Source of the DNA: an uncultured delta proteobacterium
GTDB taxonomy: Bacteria; Desulfobacterota; Binatia; UBA9968
Direction of reading: 5' to 3'
Length of the DNA stretch: 64,000 nt
Assembly (NCBI GenBank): GCA_963771465.1
Contig: CAVYTU010000007.1
Span: 32,001-96,000 of the forward strand
Part shown: one piece after another, positions 46,123 through 55,538 of the stretch
How the letters are laid out: each line of letters starts with the position of its first letter
Position numbering within the stretch: the stretch's first letter is position 1
Made by a program: the position numbers and the translations under genes
Notes under the pieces: generated by a model
The model's input: the letters and a program-made list of their open reading frames with translations, nothing else
What the model was told of the DNA's origin: nothing
The model's database searches: none

Positions 46123-47147
46123 CCTTCTTTACGAAACAACAGCACCGAGAACCATTGATTAGCGTCGGTGAAGTGCTCGACCGGTGTGAGGCCGATGAAT
46201 CGTAATTGTTGTTGGAGCCGGTTGGCGTCGAATTTGCGGCTGATCTCGACGAGAATTTTTTCGTTCTGACGCCACTCGAATGCAGCACCAGCGTTCGGGA
46301 AGCGAATTTCCTGGGACGCGGTGGCGACGGCGTACATTTCGATCTGTTGCCATTCTGGATTGAACCAGGATTGGTAGCGCATTTGCTTCAAGTCGAAATT
46401 GGCGCCGAGCAAACCGTTGATGTTGCGAAAGACATTCAAGATAAATTCAGCGGTGATGCCGCGGCTGTCGTCGTAGGCGTCTTCGAGTAATTTTACCGGT
46501 TTTATCCGGTCGGCGCCGAGCAGAAGATAATCGTCGGGCCCCATGGCCGCCGATAGGGCGCGGAAAAAGCGCGGAAACTCGGTATGGTTGAAGTTGCCGA
46601 TGGTGCTGCCGAGAAAGACGAACAAGGTCGGCAGACTTTTTTCGATGGCGCAAATGCCGTCTTCGTAACGTGCGTGGATGCCGTGGAATTCCAACTGAGG
46701 AAAATCCTTTTGCACCGCGCTCTGTGAAGCGAGCAGGCCGGCGACGCTTACATCAATGGGCGCGAAGACACTCTGGCCGCGCTGGCGCGTTTGCTCGCTC
46801 AGCAAATGGATGGTTTTCTTGCTGTAACCGGCGCCGAGCTCGACGATGCATTTTACCGGCGCGGCGGCGACGATGTTCTTCGCGTTGGCTTCGAGAATGC
46901 TATTCTCCGTTCGCGTCAGATAATATTCCGGCAGGTCGCAGATATCTTCGAACAATTCCGAGCCGTGCTCGTCGTAGAGATGATAGGCTTCGAGCCAGCG
47001 CGGCTGATCCCAAAGCGTGGTCAAGATCGACATGGTTGGAATGGCGTCGAGGTCGGCGTCTTGCAAAGACCAGATGCCCGGCGGATTGGACAGCCAGCGC
47101 GAGCGCTGATCGGCGGCGAAGATATGTGGCGCTGTTGGTTGTGTCAT
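46119..47147 (-). CDS. egtD: L-histidine N-alpha-trimethyltransferase EgtD
   Basis: LYDEHGSELFE.IC.LPEYY.TRTE, ELGAG, FLGSTIGN, AYDDSRG.TA.F..N, EISRKF. Confidence 0.88.
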   Translation of the reverse strand: MTQPTAPHIFAADQRSRWLSNPPGIWSLQDADLDAIPTMSILTTLWDQPRWLEAYHLYDEHGSELFEDICDLPEYYLTRTENSILEANAKNIVAAAPVKCIVELGAGYSKKTIHLLSEQTRQRGQSVFAPIDVSVAGLLASQSAVQKDFPQLEFHGIHARYEDGICAIEKSLPTLFVFLGSTIGNFNHTEFPRFFRALSAAMGPDDYLLLGADRIKPVKLLEDAYDDSRGITAEFILNVFRNINGLLGANFDLKQMRYQSWFNPEWQQIEMYAVATASQEIRFPNAGAAFEWRQNEKILVEISRKFDANRLQQQLRFIGLTPVEHFTDANQWFSVLLFRKEG

Positions 47148-47248
47148 GAGTTGGGAGACTATAAAAGAAAATTGAACAGGATGCGACCACGGGTTTAAGT
47201 GCTAATTTCGCATGCTGAATAACCTGCGCAAGTAGGGAGGCGAAATTC

Positions 47249-47326
47249 CGTTATGCAGCGCGAAAGCGGGTCATCCAGGTTCATTCCGGGGTTCAAAAGA
47301 AAGCCTGGATTCCCGCGGGAATGACG
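47249..47326. repeat. Degenerate REP-like palindromic element
   Basis: cgttatgcagcgcgaaagcgggtcatccagg...cctggattcccgcgggaatgacg. Confidence 0.5.
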
Positions 47327-47345
47327 GAGGGGAACCTTCGCTTTT

Positions 47346-48113
47346 ATGAACAGCAATGAAACAACGATCAGATTTTGGGATGTGAACTTCGTCCTGCCCG
47401 ACGGCAAGAAGTTGCTCGCCGATCTCAATCTTGAGGTCGCGAGCGGCGAGACTCTGGTTTTGCTCGGCCGCAGCGGCTCTGGCAAGACGACGATGATGAA
47501 GTTGATCAACCGGCTGATCGATCCGACTTCGGGGCGGCTAGAGGTGGAAGGGAAGGCGACGGTGGAGTGGGACCCGATCCAACTGCGCCGGCGCATCGGT
47601 TACGTCATCCAAGAGATCGGTTTGTTTCCGCATCTGACCATCGAGCAGAACATCGGGGTTGTCCCGCGGCTCGAAGGTTGGGAGCCGGATCGTATTGCCG
47701 AGCGGGCGCGCGAGCTGTTGAAACTCGTCGGCCTCGACGCCGACCGCTTCGCTCAGCGATTTCCCCGCGAGTTGTCCGGCGGGCAGCGCCAGCGTATCGG
47801 GGTGGCGCGGGCGTTGGCTGCCGATCCGCCGGTCATTCTTCTGGACGAGCCTTTCGGCGCCCTAGATCCAATCACTCGGCACGGCATTCAGCAAGAATTC
47901 AAATCCCTGCAACAGGAACTCGGCAAGACGATGGTGTTCGTCACGCACGACATCGCCGAGGCTTTTGTCCTGGCGACTCGCATCGCGCTATTGAAAGACG
48001 GCGAGATGGTTTTGCTCGGGCCGCCGGCTGAGCTGCTCGAATCGAGCCATCCGGAAGCGCGCGCTTTCGCCGAGTGCTTTCACGACGGTCAAAGCATCGG
48101 GAGACCGAAGTGA
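47346..48113 (+). CDS. ABC ATPase, osmoprotectant (OpuC/ProV/EgtV) type
   Basis: GRSGSGKTT, LRRRIGYVIQE.GLFPH, LSGGQRQR, DEPFGALDP. Confidence 0.92.
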   Translation: MNSNETTIRFWDVNFVLPDGKKLLADLNLEVASGETLVLLGRSGSGKTTMMKLINRLIDPTSGRLEVEGKATVEWDPIQLRRRIGYVIQEIGLFPHLTIEQNIGVVPRLEGWEPDRIAERARELLKLVGLDADRFAQRFPRELSGGQRQRIGVARALAADPPVILLDEPFGALDPITRHGIQQEFKSLQQELGKTMVFVTHDIAEAFVLATRIALLKDGEMVLLGPPAELLESSHPEARAFAECFHDGQSIGRPK

Positions 48114-49672
48114 CGCTGCTGGAATTCTTCACCCACAACAGCGGCGAACTCGGCGAGCTGGTCTTAGAGCATTTATTTTTAGTCGTCGTTTCCACCGGCA
48201 TCGCCGTGCTGATCGGCGTGCCACTCGGTATCTTGCTGACGCGCAAACCGGGATTGAGTAAACCGATTCTCGGCTTCGCCAACATCATGCAGACGGTGCC
48301 GAGTTTGGCGCTGTTCGGTTTTCTCATTCCGCTCAATCTTTATCTATTCAATGTGAAGATCGTTGGCGGCATCGGCGCGCGCACGGCGATCGTCGCGCTG
48401 GTGCTTTATTCGCTCTTGCCGATCATCCGCAACACGTTTACTGGAATTTCCAATGTCGATCCGGCGATCCGCGAAGCCGGGCGCGGCATGGGCATGACCG
48501 ACCGTCAATTGCTTCTCCAAGTCGAGTTGCCGCTGGCGCTGGGCGTAATCATCGCCGGCGTGCGCGTGGCGACCGTGATTTGCGTTGGCACGGCGACGAT
48601 TGCCGCGGCGATCGATGCCGGCGGCTTGGGGCGCTATATTTTTCGCGGCCTGCGCGCCAATGATAATGTTTTGATTCTTGCCGGAGCGGTGCCCGCGGCG
48701 CTGATTGCCCTTGCCGCGGATTTACTTTTGGGCTACGTCGAGAAAACGATTCAGTCCGGGGCGGCGGTTAAGGTAAGCGGTCGCAAACTTTTATGGTCCG
48801 GCGCCGCGGCTCTGTTGGTTTTTCTCGCAGTAGCGTATTTCTTTTTAGGCAAAAGCGCCGGGCGCATCGCGGTAGGCTCAAAAGACTTCACCGAACAAGT
48901 CATTGTCGGTGAAATTCTCGCCCAGGCGATCGAAGCGAAAACCGGTGCCGAAGTGGTGCGCCGCTTCGATCTCGGCGGCAACTTAGCGCACGATGCGCTG
49001 ATCGCCGGCGAAATCGACGTCTATGTCGAATACACGGGCACGGGCTTACTGGCGATTCTCAAGGAAAAGCCGCTGTCCGATCCGCAGGAAGTTTATCGAC
49101 GGGTGAAGTCGGAATACGCCAAGCGCTTCAAGTTGGAGTGGACCGAGCCGCTCGGCTTCAATAATACTTTCGCCATTCTCGTCCGCGGCGATGACGCCAA
49201 AAAGCTCAATTTGAAAACCGTCAGCGACGCCGCAAAGGTCTCCAATCAATGGCGCGCCGGTTTCGGCCAGGACTTCATGTCACGCGCCGACGGTTATCCG
49301 GGATTTTCCAAAGCCTACGGCTTTCACTTCGAAGCGACACGCGAGATGGATTTGTCCTTGACCTACCGGGCGCTGGCGGAAAACCAAGTCGATCTGATCG
49401 CCGGTAATTCCACCGACGGTTTGATCTCGCGCTACGGCTTATTTCAGCTCGACGATGACCGCCGCTATTTCCCACCCTACGACGCCGTGCCGGTGGTGCG
49501 CCAGGCCGCGCTGGAAAAATATCCGGCGCTGCGCGAGGTGCTAAAACAACTGGGTGGCATTCTTAGCGTCGACGAAATGCGCAAGCTCAATTATGCGGTG
49601 GACGCTGAGAAGCGGCAGGCGAAGGATGTGGCGCGGGAGTTCTTACGGCAAAAACGGCTGCTCGATCATTGA
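48110..49672 (+). CDS. Fused permease + substrate-binding protein, betaine/ergothioneine (EgtU-like) ABC importer
   Basis: QTVPSLALFG, EAGRGMGM, GSKDFTEQ, EYTGT, GFNNTF, FPPY. Confidence 0.88.
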   Translation: MTLLEFFTHNSGELGELVLEHLFLVVVSTGIAVLIGVPLGILLTRKPGLSKPILGFANIMQTVPSLALFGFLIPLNLYLFNVKIVGGIGARTAIVALVLYSLLPIIRNTFTGISNVDPAIREAGRGMGMTDRQLLLQVELPLALGVIIAGVRVATVICVGTATIAAAIDAGGLGRYIFRGLRANDNVLILAGAVPAALIALAADLLLGYVEKTIQSGAAVKVSGRKLLWSGAAALLVFLAVAYFFLGKSAGRIAVGSKDFTEQVIVGEILAQAIEAKTGAEVVRRFDLGGNLAHDALIAGEIDVYVEYTGTGLLAILKEKPLSDPQEVYRRVKSEYAKRFKLEWTEPLGFNNTFAILVRGDDAKKLNLKTVSDAAKVSNQWRAGFGQDFMSRADGYPGFSKAYGFHFEATREMDLSLTYRALAENQVDLIAGNSTDGLISRYGLFQLDDDRRYFPPYDAVPVVRQAALEKYPALREVLKQLGGILSVDEMRKLNYAVDAEKRQAKDVAREFLRQKRLLDH

Positions 49673-49804
49673 CCTCGGGAGGCGCACTTAGTTTTTCTTT
49701 ATTGGTTCGATGGCGCGGATTTGGCACATAACAGGAATCTGCACGAGATTGCCTAGAGACGGTGGAAATTCGGCGCGGCTTACCGCAGAAAGTCGGGTGG
49801 CACG

Positions 49805-50851
49805 ATGGCGAAAGTGAAAGGTTTTATCGACGCCGACGGACATGTGGTCGAAAGCGATGCCGAGTTGCTGGATTTTCTACCGCGGCCGTACCATGGGCGC
49901 GCTGACCTGCTCGCATTCCCGTTCTTTCCCACCCTGGACGGGTTTCATCGCCAAGCGCGGCGCGTCGCCGATGGCAAAGGCCGTTACATCGCCAAGGGCA
50001 GTTTGAAAGAGTGGCAAGATTTTCTCGATGAAGATCAAATCGCCTGGTCGGTGCTTTATCCCACCGCCGGGCTCACCTTCGGCTTGATCCGCGACAAGGA
50101 TTGGGCTTGTGCGGTTGCTGCCGGATACAACAATTATCTTTACGAGACCTTTACTAAACCGGAAAAACGTTTGAAGGGCATGGCGCTGATCCCGCTCCAA
50201 TCGATTCCTGACGCGGTGAAAGAATTGAAGCGCGCCGTGAAAGAACTCGGCTTCGTCGGCGCGATTTTGCCGGCGGTCGGATTGCGCCAGCCCTTCGGCG
50301 ATCGGAAATATTTCCCGGTTTACGAAGTAGCTGAGAAACTCGGTGCTTTGCTCGCCGTTCACGCCGCCCCGACACAGGGGATCGGCGTGGACAACTTTGA
50401 CCGCTTGATCGAGGTGCGCACGCTCAGCCACGGTTTTGGTCAGATGATTCAGATGACCAGTATGATTTATAACGGCGTGGTGGACAGGTTCCCGAAATTG
50501 AATATCGCCTACGCCGAGGCGGGCTGCGGCTGGGTGCCGTATTTACTCGAACGCATGGACATGGAGTACGAGCACCGCAACACGCAAGTGCCGGAGTGCA
50601 AAAAGTTGCCCTCGGAGCATTTGAAAAGCGGACACATCTTCATTCATTGTGAGCTCGAAGATCGCGCCATCCCGCAGGTGGCCGAGCAGCTACGCGACGA
50701 TATCCTTTTCTGTGCCACCGATTTCCCGCACGAGCCGCGCACCGAGTTTCGCGAGAATATTGAAAAATTCTTGGCGCGGAAAGATGTCCGCGAGGAGACC
50801 AAGCATCACTTGCTGTTCGAGAACCCCAAGCGCATGTATCCGCTGGCGTAG
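49805..50851 (+). CDS. Amidohydrolase-2 family protein
   Basis: IDADGHV, VLYPT, EAGCGW.P, TDFPH. Confidence 0.88.
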   Translation: MAKVKGFIDADGHVVESDAELLDFLPRPYHGRADLLAFPFFPTLDGFHRQARRVADGKGRYIAKGSLKEWQDFLDEDQIAWSVLYPTAGLTFGLIRDKDWACAVAAGYNNYLYETFTKPEKRLKGMALIPLQSIPDAVKELKRAVKELGFVGAILPAVGLRQPFGDRKYFPVYEVAEKLGALLAVHAAPTQGIGVDNFDRLIEVRTLSHGFGQMIQMTSMIYNGVVDRFPKLNIAYAEAGCGWVPYLLERMDMEYEHRNTQVPECKKLPSEHLKSGHIFIHCELEDRAIPQVAEQLRDDILFCATDFPHEPRTEFRENIEKFLARKDVREETKHHLLFENPKRMYPLA

Positions 50852-51009
50852 CCGGAAGCTGCGATGGGAGAACTTGCTCGACTGTGCCGAGCTCGCCAAG
50901 AATTATGAGAGGAGTGAGAGAATATCCGTTAGTAGGTCGATAAAAAATGCTTCTGAGTCCTTTGACGATTCCAGAGCTCGTCCTGAGCTAGCCGAATGAA
51001 CGAACGCAA

Positions 51010-52479
51010 TTATGATTTTGAATTGCGGATCAGTCGCGCGTAGAAGTTTACACAGCGCTCGTAGTCCTGAATAGAAATTCGTTCATCGATGCCGTGATAT
51101 CGCTTGGTGTCTTCGATATTGAGCGTTATCGGCAAGAAGCGAAAAATATTTCTTGTGAGTGCCGCATAGTGTCGCGAGTCAGTGGCGCCGACCAGCAATG
51201 CTGGTGCGACAATCGCTGTGGGTGCGGTCTCGCGAATCGTGCGCTGGAGTAGCTTGAAAGTCGGACTCTCGATATCGGACACGCCCGACGGCTCCGTGGG
51301 GATCGGCAACGCGGTGAGCTTGATGCGCGGTTCGTCGATCACTTCTCGCACGTGTTCCATCGCGCCGGCGGTCGTCTCGCCTGGCATGACACGTAGATTG
51401 ACCACCGCGCGGGCCTGGGCCGGTAAGATGTTTTCTTTGACGCCGGCGTTGAAAATCGTCGGCGCCAAGGTGGTTCGTAGGACGGCGTTGGTGAGCGGTG
51501 ACGCGGTTAATTGCTTTTTCACCAGGGGCTCGAACAACCAGAGATTGGCGAGCGTCGATTTTTTGCTCCACGCCATTTCGGCGCCGAGAAATTCGAACAT
51601 TGCGCGCGTCGGTCCGCGCAGCTCGGCTGGAAACGGCGCCGCGTCGAGGCGTTGGAGCGCACGGCTCAGCGTGCCGATGGCGGTATCAGCCGGCGGGATC
51701 GAGCTATGGCCGCCGGTGCTCGCCACTGTGAGCTCAAGGCTTAAGTAACCTTTCTCGGCAACGCCGATGAGCGCCACCGGCGCCGCAATGCCCGCAATGA
51801 TGCCGCTCAAGATATTCATTCCTTCGTCTAGGGCAAACTCCATTTCTATTTTTCGCGCGCGTAGTAGCTCGGCGATTTTTGCCGCGCCATGGTTGCCGCC
51901 GAGCTCTTCGTCGTGGCCGAACGCCAAGTAAACCGTTCGCTCTGGCGCGAATCCTTCGCGCAGTAAATGTTCCACCGCCTCAAGCATCCCCAGCACGCTC
52001 GCCTTGTCATCCATCGCGCCACGGCCCCAGACGTAACCATCAGCGATGGTTCCCGCGAACGGCGCCTGGGTCCATGATTTTTCAGTTTCGGAATCTACGG
52101 GGACGACGTCCAGGTGAGCGAGCAAGAGAATCGGTTTTAGTCCCTCGGTTTTTCCTTTCCAAGTGTAGAGCAAGCTGTGCTCGTTGACGGCTTCTTTGCC
52201 GAGGTAGCGATGCACGAGGGGGAACGATTTTTCCAAGAAAGCGTGAAAATTGCGAAATTCCTGGGCGTTGAATTCGGCGGCGGTTTGATAGGAAACGGTC
52301 TTGAAGCGAATCGCTTCGCCGAGCCGGCTCACGATGGTATCGCGCTCAACATTGATGGGCACGATGGGAGCCGCGTGTATTTGCCGGGAGGTGAACGTCG
52401 CCGTGCGCACGACAATGATGGCGCCGAGAAGTCCAACGACGCCGACAAACGCAAGAATGAATTTTTTCATCGGAATCAC
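51010..52479 (-). CDS. M20-family peptidase (carboxypeptidase S/PM20D1-like)
   Basis: AHLDVVP, GRGAMDDK, GHDEE, GGHSS, GATDSR, HGIDE. Confidence 0.9.
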   Translation of the reverse strand: MIPMKKFILAFVGVVGLLGAIIVVRTATFTSRQIHAAPIVPINVERDTIVSRLGEAIRFKTVSYQTAAEFNAQEFRNFHAFLEKSFPLVHRYLGKEAVNEHSLLYTWKGKTEGLKPILLLAHLDVVPVDSETEKSWTQAPFAGTIADGYVWGRGAMDDKASVLGMLEAVEHLLREGFAPERTVYLAFGHDEELGGNHGAAKIAELLRARKIEMEFALDEGMNILSGIIAGIAAPVALIGVAEKGYLSLELTVASTGGHSSIPPADTAIGTLSRALQRLDAAPFPAELRGPTRAMFEFLGAEMAWSKKSTLANLWLFEPLVKKQLTASPLTNAVLRTTLAPTIFNAGVKENILPAQARAVVNLRVMPGETTAGAMEHVREVIDEPRIKLTALPIPTEPSGVSDIESPTFKLLQRTIRETAPTAIVAPALLVGATDSRHYAALTRNIFRFLPITLNIEDTKRYHGIDERISIQDYERCVNFYARLIRNSKS

Positions 52480-52532
52480 TGACTGGTAGCAAGTTCACTG
52501 TGTGACCGCAAACCGCTGATTTGTGGGAAGGT

Positions 52533-52559
52533 TTGACAAGCAAGGGCTTGTCCTATAAT
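52533..52559 (+). promoter_or_regulatory. Promoter with palindromic operator upstream of the cupin gene
   Basis: TTGACA...TATAAT (15-nt spacing) overlapped by GACAAGC-N4-GCTTGTC. Confidence 0.45.
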
Positions 52560-52601
52560 TTTTTAGGACGATTTAACGATAGAAAATTGGAGGAATAAGC
52601 G

Positions 52602-53537
52602 ATGAGTGATTTCTATACGGATTGGCTGGAACAGTCTAAGGCCAATGAGAAGGCAGTGGCTGAATCGCCACGATTTACGCGGTCCAAGGATCTCAAATGG
52701 GTGCGCACACCGCAGGATTTCACGGCGGCGTTGATGATTGCGCCCGAGTTGGGTTTTACCACTGGAGGTAGCTGTATGATGCGGGCGGAGATCCCGGTGG
52801 GCTGGCATTCCGGCCAACATCTCCACGGTGAAGAGGCGATCTATATCGAGAGCGGCGAAGGCTTCATGATTCTCGACGACAAACGTTACGATTTCGGTCC
52901 TGGCACCGTAATTCACGTGCCCTATCGGTCAACCCATCAGCTCTTCAACACCGGCAAGGTTCCGGTTGGCTACATCTCCGGCCTGGCCTGGCATCTCGAA
53001 GCCGCGGTTTACATGGGCAAAATGGAACAGTTGGAAAAGTGCGGCGAGAACGATGCCAAGGCGATGGCAGCTTTTCCAAAGGAAGAATCTCAGAATTGGC
53101 CCGAAGATGGCCGGCGTATCGCCATGCATCAGAGTCAGCATGTGAAGTCGGATGAGTCAAAACACGGCGCGACCTATTTCTTGATGGGCCGTAGCGGCAA
53201 AGACAATGGTTTTAAGGCGACCGGCGTGGCGATCAGCTCGATCTTCGTCGATCTGCCGCACACCAAGAGCCACAGCCACGCGCATCCCGAAGCCTATCTC
53301 TACGCGCTCGAAGGCGACGGTTATTCCGAGATCGGCGGCAAACGTTATGACTGGAATCAAGGCGATGCTATCCATGTGCCGCCGGGCATGCTGCACCACC
53401 AGCACTTCAATCCCTACGATCGCGATATGAAGGAGCTGCGCTTCGAGTTCGGCGTGCGCTATTGGTTCGTCGATCAGTACAAAGGCTACGTCACCATCGA
53501 CAAGCACCTGAAGGCGACGACGCACATGATCGACTAA
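52602..53537 (+). CDS. Bicupin-domain protein
   Basis: Two cupin motifs: HLHGEE..YI.SG.G...H.P..STHQ and HAHPEA..Y..EG.G...H.P...HHQH. Confidence 0.85.
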   Translation: MSDFYTDWLEQSKANEKAVAESPRFTRSKDLKWVRTPQDFTAALMIAPELGFTTGGSCMMRAEIPVGWHSGQHLHGEEAIYIESGEGFMILDDKRYDFGPGTVIHVPYRSTHQLFNTGKVPVGYISGLAWHLEAAVYMGKMEQLEKCGENDAKAMAAFPKEESQNWPEDGRRIAMHQSQHVKSDESKHGATYFLMGRSGKDNGFKATGVAISSIFVDLPHTKSHSHAHPEAYLYALEGDGYSEIGGKRYDWNQGDAIHVPPGMLHHQHFNPYDRDMKELRFEFGVRYWFVDQYKGYVTIDKHLKATTHMID

Positions 53538-53556
53538 TAGCTTCGCTCATTCGGCT

Positions 53557-53596
53557 AAAAAAGGCGAGCTAACAATTGCGTTAGCTCGCCTTTTTT
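53557..53596. terminator. Bidirectional rho-independent terminator
   Basis: AAAAAAGGCGAGCTAAC-loop-GTTAGCTCGCCTTTTTT between convergent genes. Confidence 0.9.
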
Positions 53597-53626
53597 GTTG
53601 GAGCGGATCTTGGGACGGAAGATCGC

Positions 53627-55399
53627 TCAGCCGTGATTGCGTCGGTCGCAGACGGAGTCGATGAGCGCGGGTTTGCCTTGCTTGACTTGCTCGATGGCGC
53701 GCTTAAGAGCGCCTTTCATATCGTCGCCATTTTCGATTGGGCCTTCGGCATACCAGCCCATCGATCGCGCCAAACCAGCGAAGTCGGGGTCAGGGCCGTA
53801 AAGGTCCATGCCGATGTGCGCGCGAGTCGGATCTGTCCCGCGGGTTCTGGCCAATACCAATTGGTGGTTCCAATCGTTATAGTAAGCGCGGTTGTTGAAC
53901 ATGACGATGAGCATGGGGATTTTATATTTGGCGGCGATCCACAATGCTCCGGCGTCGAACATCAAGTCGCCATCCGGTTGTAGATCGACCACGAGCCGTC
54001 CGGTTCCCTTGTTCGCCAGTGCGGCACCCAACGACAAACCGATCTGCGTGCCGGTGCCGAGTTCGCGTCCGGCGTGAGAATAAGGCCGATCGAAATTCCA
54101 CAGCTTCTTACCCCAACCGCCTATGTCTCCCGTGGTGAGCACCCAGTCTTCGCCTTTGATTGCGTCCCACACTTCAAGGGCAAGACGCGGCATGGTCATC
54201 GGCTTGGAATCCCAATTCTCCTGGGCTTGCTTGGCCCACTTGGCGCGGTTTTCGGTGTGGCGCTTGCCGATCGCTTCGGCGCGCTTGGCGATTTTTTCCG
54301 CCAGCCCCGGCGTCTTGGCGATGCGTTCTTTTAAAAGTTTGGTCAGTTGCGGCGTCGCCGTGACCGGGTCGGCGGTCATGCGTTGCTGGGCATAGTAAGG
54401 ACGCGCGTAGTCCATCGACCATTTGCTGATTTCAATGTCGGTAAAGCCGATGTCGATCCAGGTTGCGTTCGCCTGAACTTTGCTGACGACCGTGCGCGTG
54501 GCGATGTCACGCACGTGAGTCGGCTTCTCGAAATCGGCGATGTCGAGGGTCAAGACAACATCGACGCCGTCGTAGCAGCCGTCAAAGTCCGACGTAAGAT
54601 TGAGCGGATGATCGTTGGGGAAATTAAGCCGCGAGCCGACGTCCCACACCGACGCGCCCAACGTTTCGGCGATCTCCACAACATGATTCCACCCATGGGG
54701 CGGACGGGCGGCGAAGTCGGCGATGATCGCGACACGATTCGCGGCGGCGAGAGTGTCGGCGGCTTTCGCCAGCGCAATCGGGTCCGGTGATGGCGCCGTA
54801 GGTACTATGGCGCTGCCAGCGGGCGGCATCTCGACATCGTGATCGAGCTGGGCTTCTTGGAGGCCGGCGTCGTAGCACATGTAGATTGGCCCCTGGCGCG
54901 CGCTCATCATGACCGAGTAGGCGCGCGCGAAGGCACCAGGTACGCCGTCGACTGTCGACGGCTGATAATCCCATTTGACGAAATTGCGGATCGCTTCGCC
55001 TTGCACGTTGGCGGTGTGAATCCAATCGATGAAGGGCCGACGCTTCGGTTCCGCGAGCGGCCCAGTGGCGCCCATGATAAAAACCGGCGCGCGATCGAGA
55101 TAGGAATAATAGACGCCCATGGGCGCGTGCAGCAAGCCGACTAGGTTGTGCACGATGGCGATCATCGGTTTGCCTTTAACCCGAGCGTAGCCGTGGGCGA
55201 TCTGCACGGCGATCTTTTCGTGCTGGCAGAGAATCATCGGCGGGTTGTTCTCGCCGTAATTGACCAGCGAGTCGTGCAAGCCTCGGTAGCTCGCGCCGGG
55301 ATTGAGCGCGATGTACTCGAACTCATACTTTTTGATCATGTCGACGATGACGTCGGACTGCCAACGCTTGTCGGATTTTTTGACTGTCGTATCTGCCAT
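53627..55399 (-). CDS. Thiamine-pyrophosphate-dependent enzyme, copy 1
   Basis: NPGASYRGLHDS, HEK.AV.IAHGYA, GDLMF...NN TPP motif. Confidence 0.9.
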   Translation of the reverse strand: MADTTVKKSDKRWQSDVIVDMIKKYEFEYIALNPGASYRGLHDSLVNYGENNPPMILCQHEKIAVQIAHGYARVKGKPMIAIVHNLVGLLHAPMGVYYSYLDRAPVFIMGATGPLAEPKRRPFIDWIHTANVQGEAIRNFVKWDYQPSTVDGVPGAFARAYSVMMSARQGPIYMCYDAGLQEAQLDHDVEMPPAGSAIVPTAPSPDPIALAKAADTLAAANRVAIIADFAARPPHGWNHVVEIAETLGASVWDVGSRLNFPNDHPLNLTSDFDGCYDGVDVVLTLDIADFEKPTHVRDIATRTVVSKVQANATWIDIGFTDIEISKWSMDYARPYYAQQRMTADPVTATPQLTKLLKERIAKTPGLAEKIAKRAEAIGKRHTENRAKWAKQAQENWDSKPMTMPRLALEVWDAIKGEDWVLTTGDIGGWGKKLWNFDRPYSHAGRELGTGTQIGLSLGAALANKGTGRLVVDLQPDGDLMFDAGALWIAAKYKIPMLIVMFNNRAYYNDWNHQLVLARTRGTDPTRAHIGMDLYGPDPDFAGLARSMGWYAEGPIENGDDMKGALKRAIEQVKQGKPALIDSVCDRRNHG

Positions 55400-55439
55400 T
55401 CAGATGCCCTCCTTATGTTAGGTCGATAAATTTACAATT

Positions 55440-55521
55440 CACCACGAAGGTCGCGTAGGGTACGAAGGGTTCGAATAATTAGTTTCTTCACCTTTGTGCC
55501 CTTTGTTATTTCGTCGTGAAA
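55440..55521. repeat. Degenerate CACCACGAAG...TTCGTCGTG inverted-repeat intergenic element
   Basis: caccacgaaggtcgcgtagggtacgaaggg...cctttgtgccctttgttatttcgtcgtgaaa. Confidence 0.4.
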
Positions 55522-55538
55522 GCGAAGCTGTGTACGAT

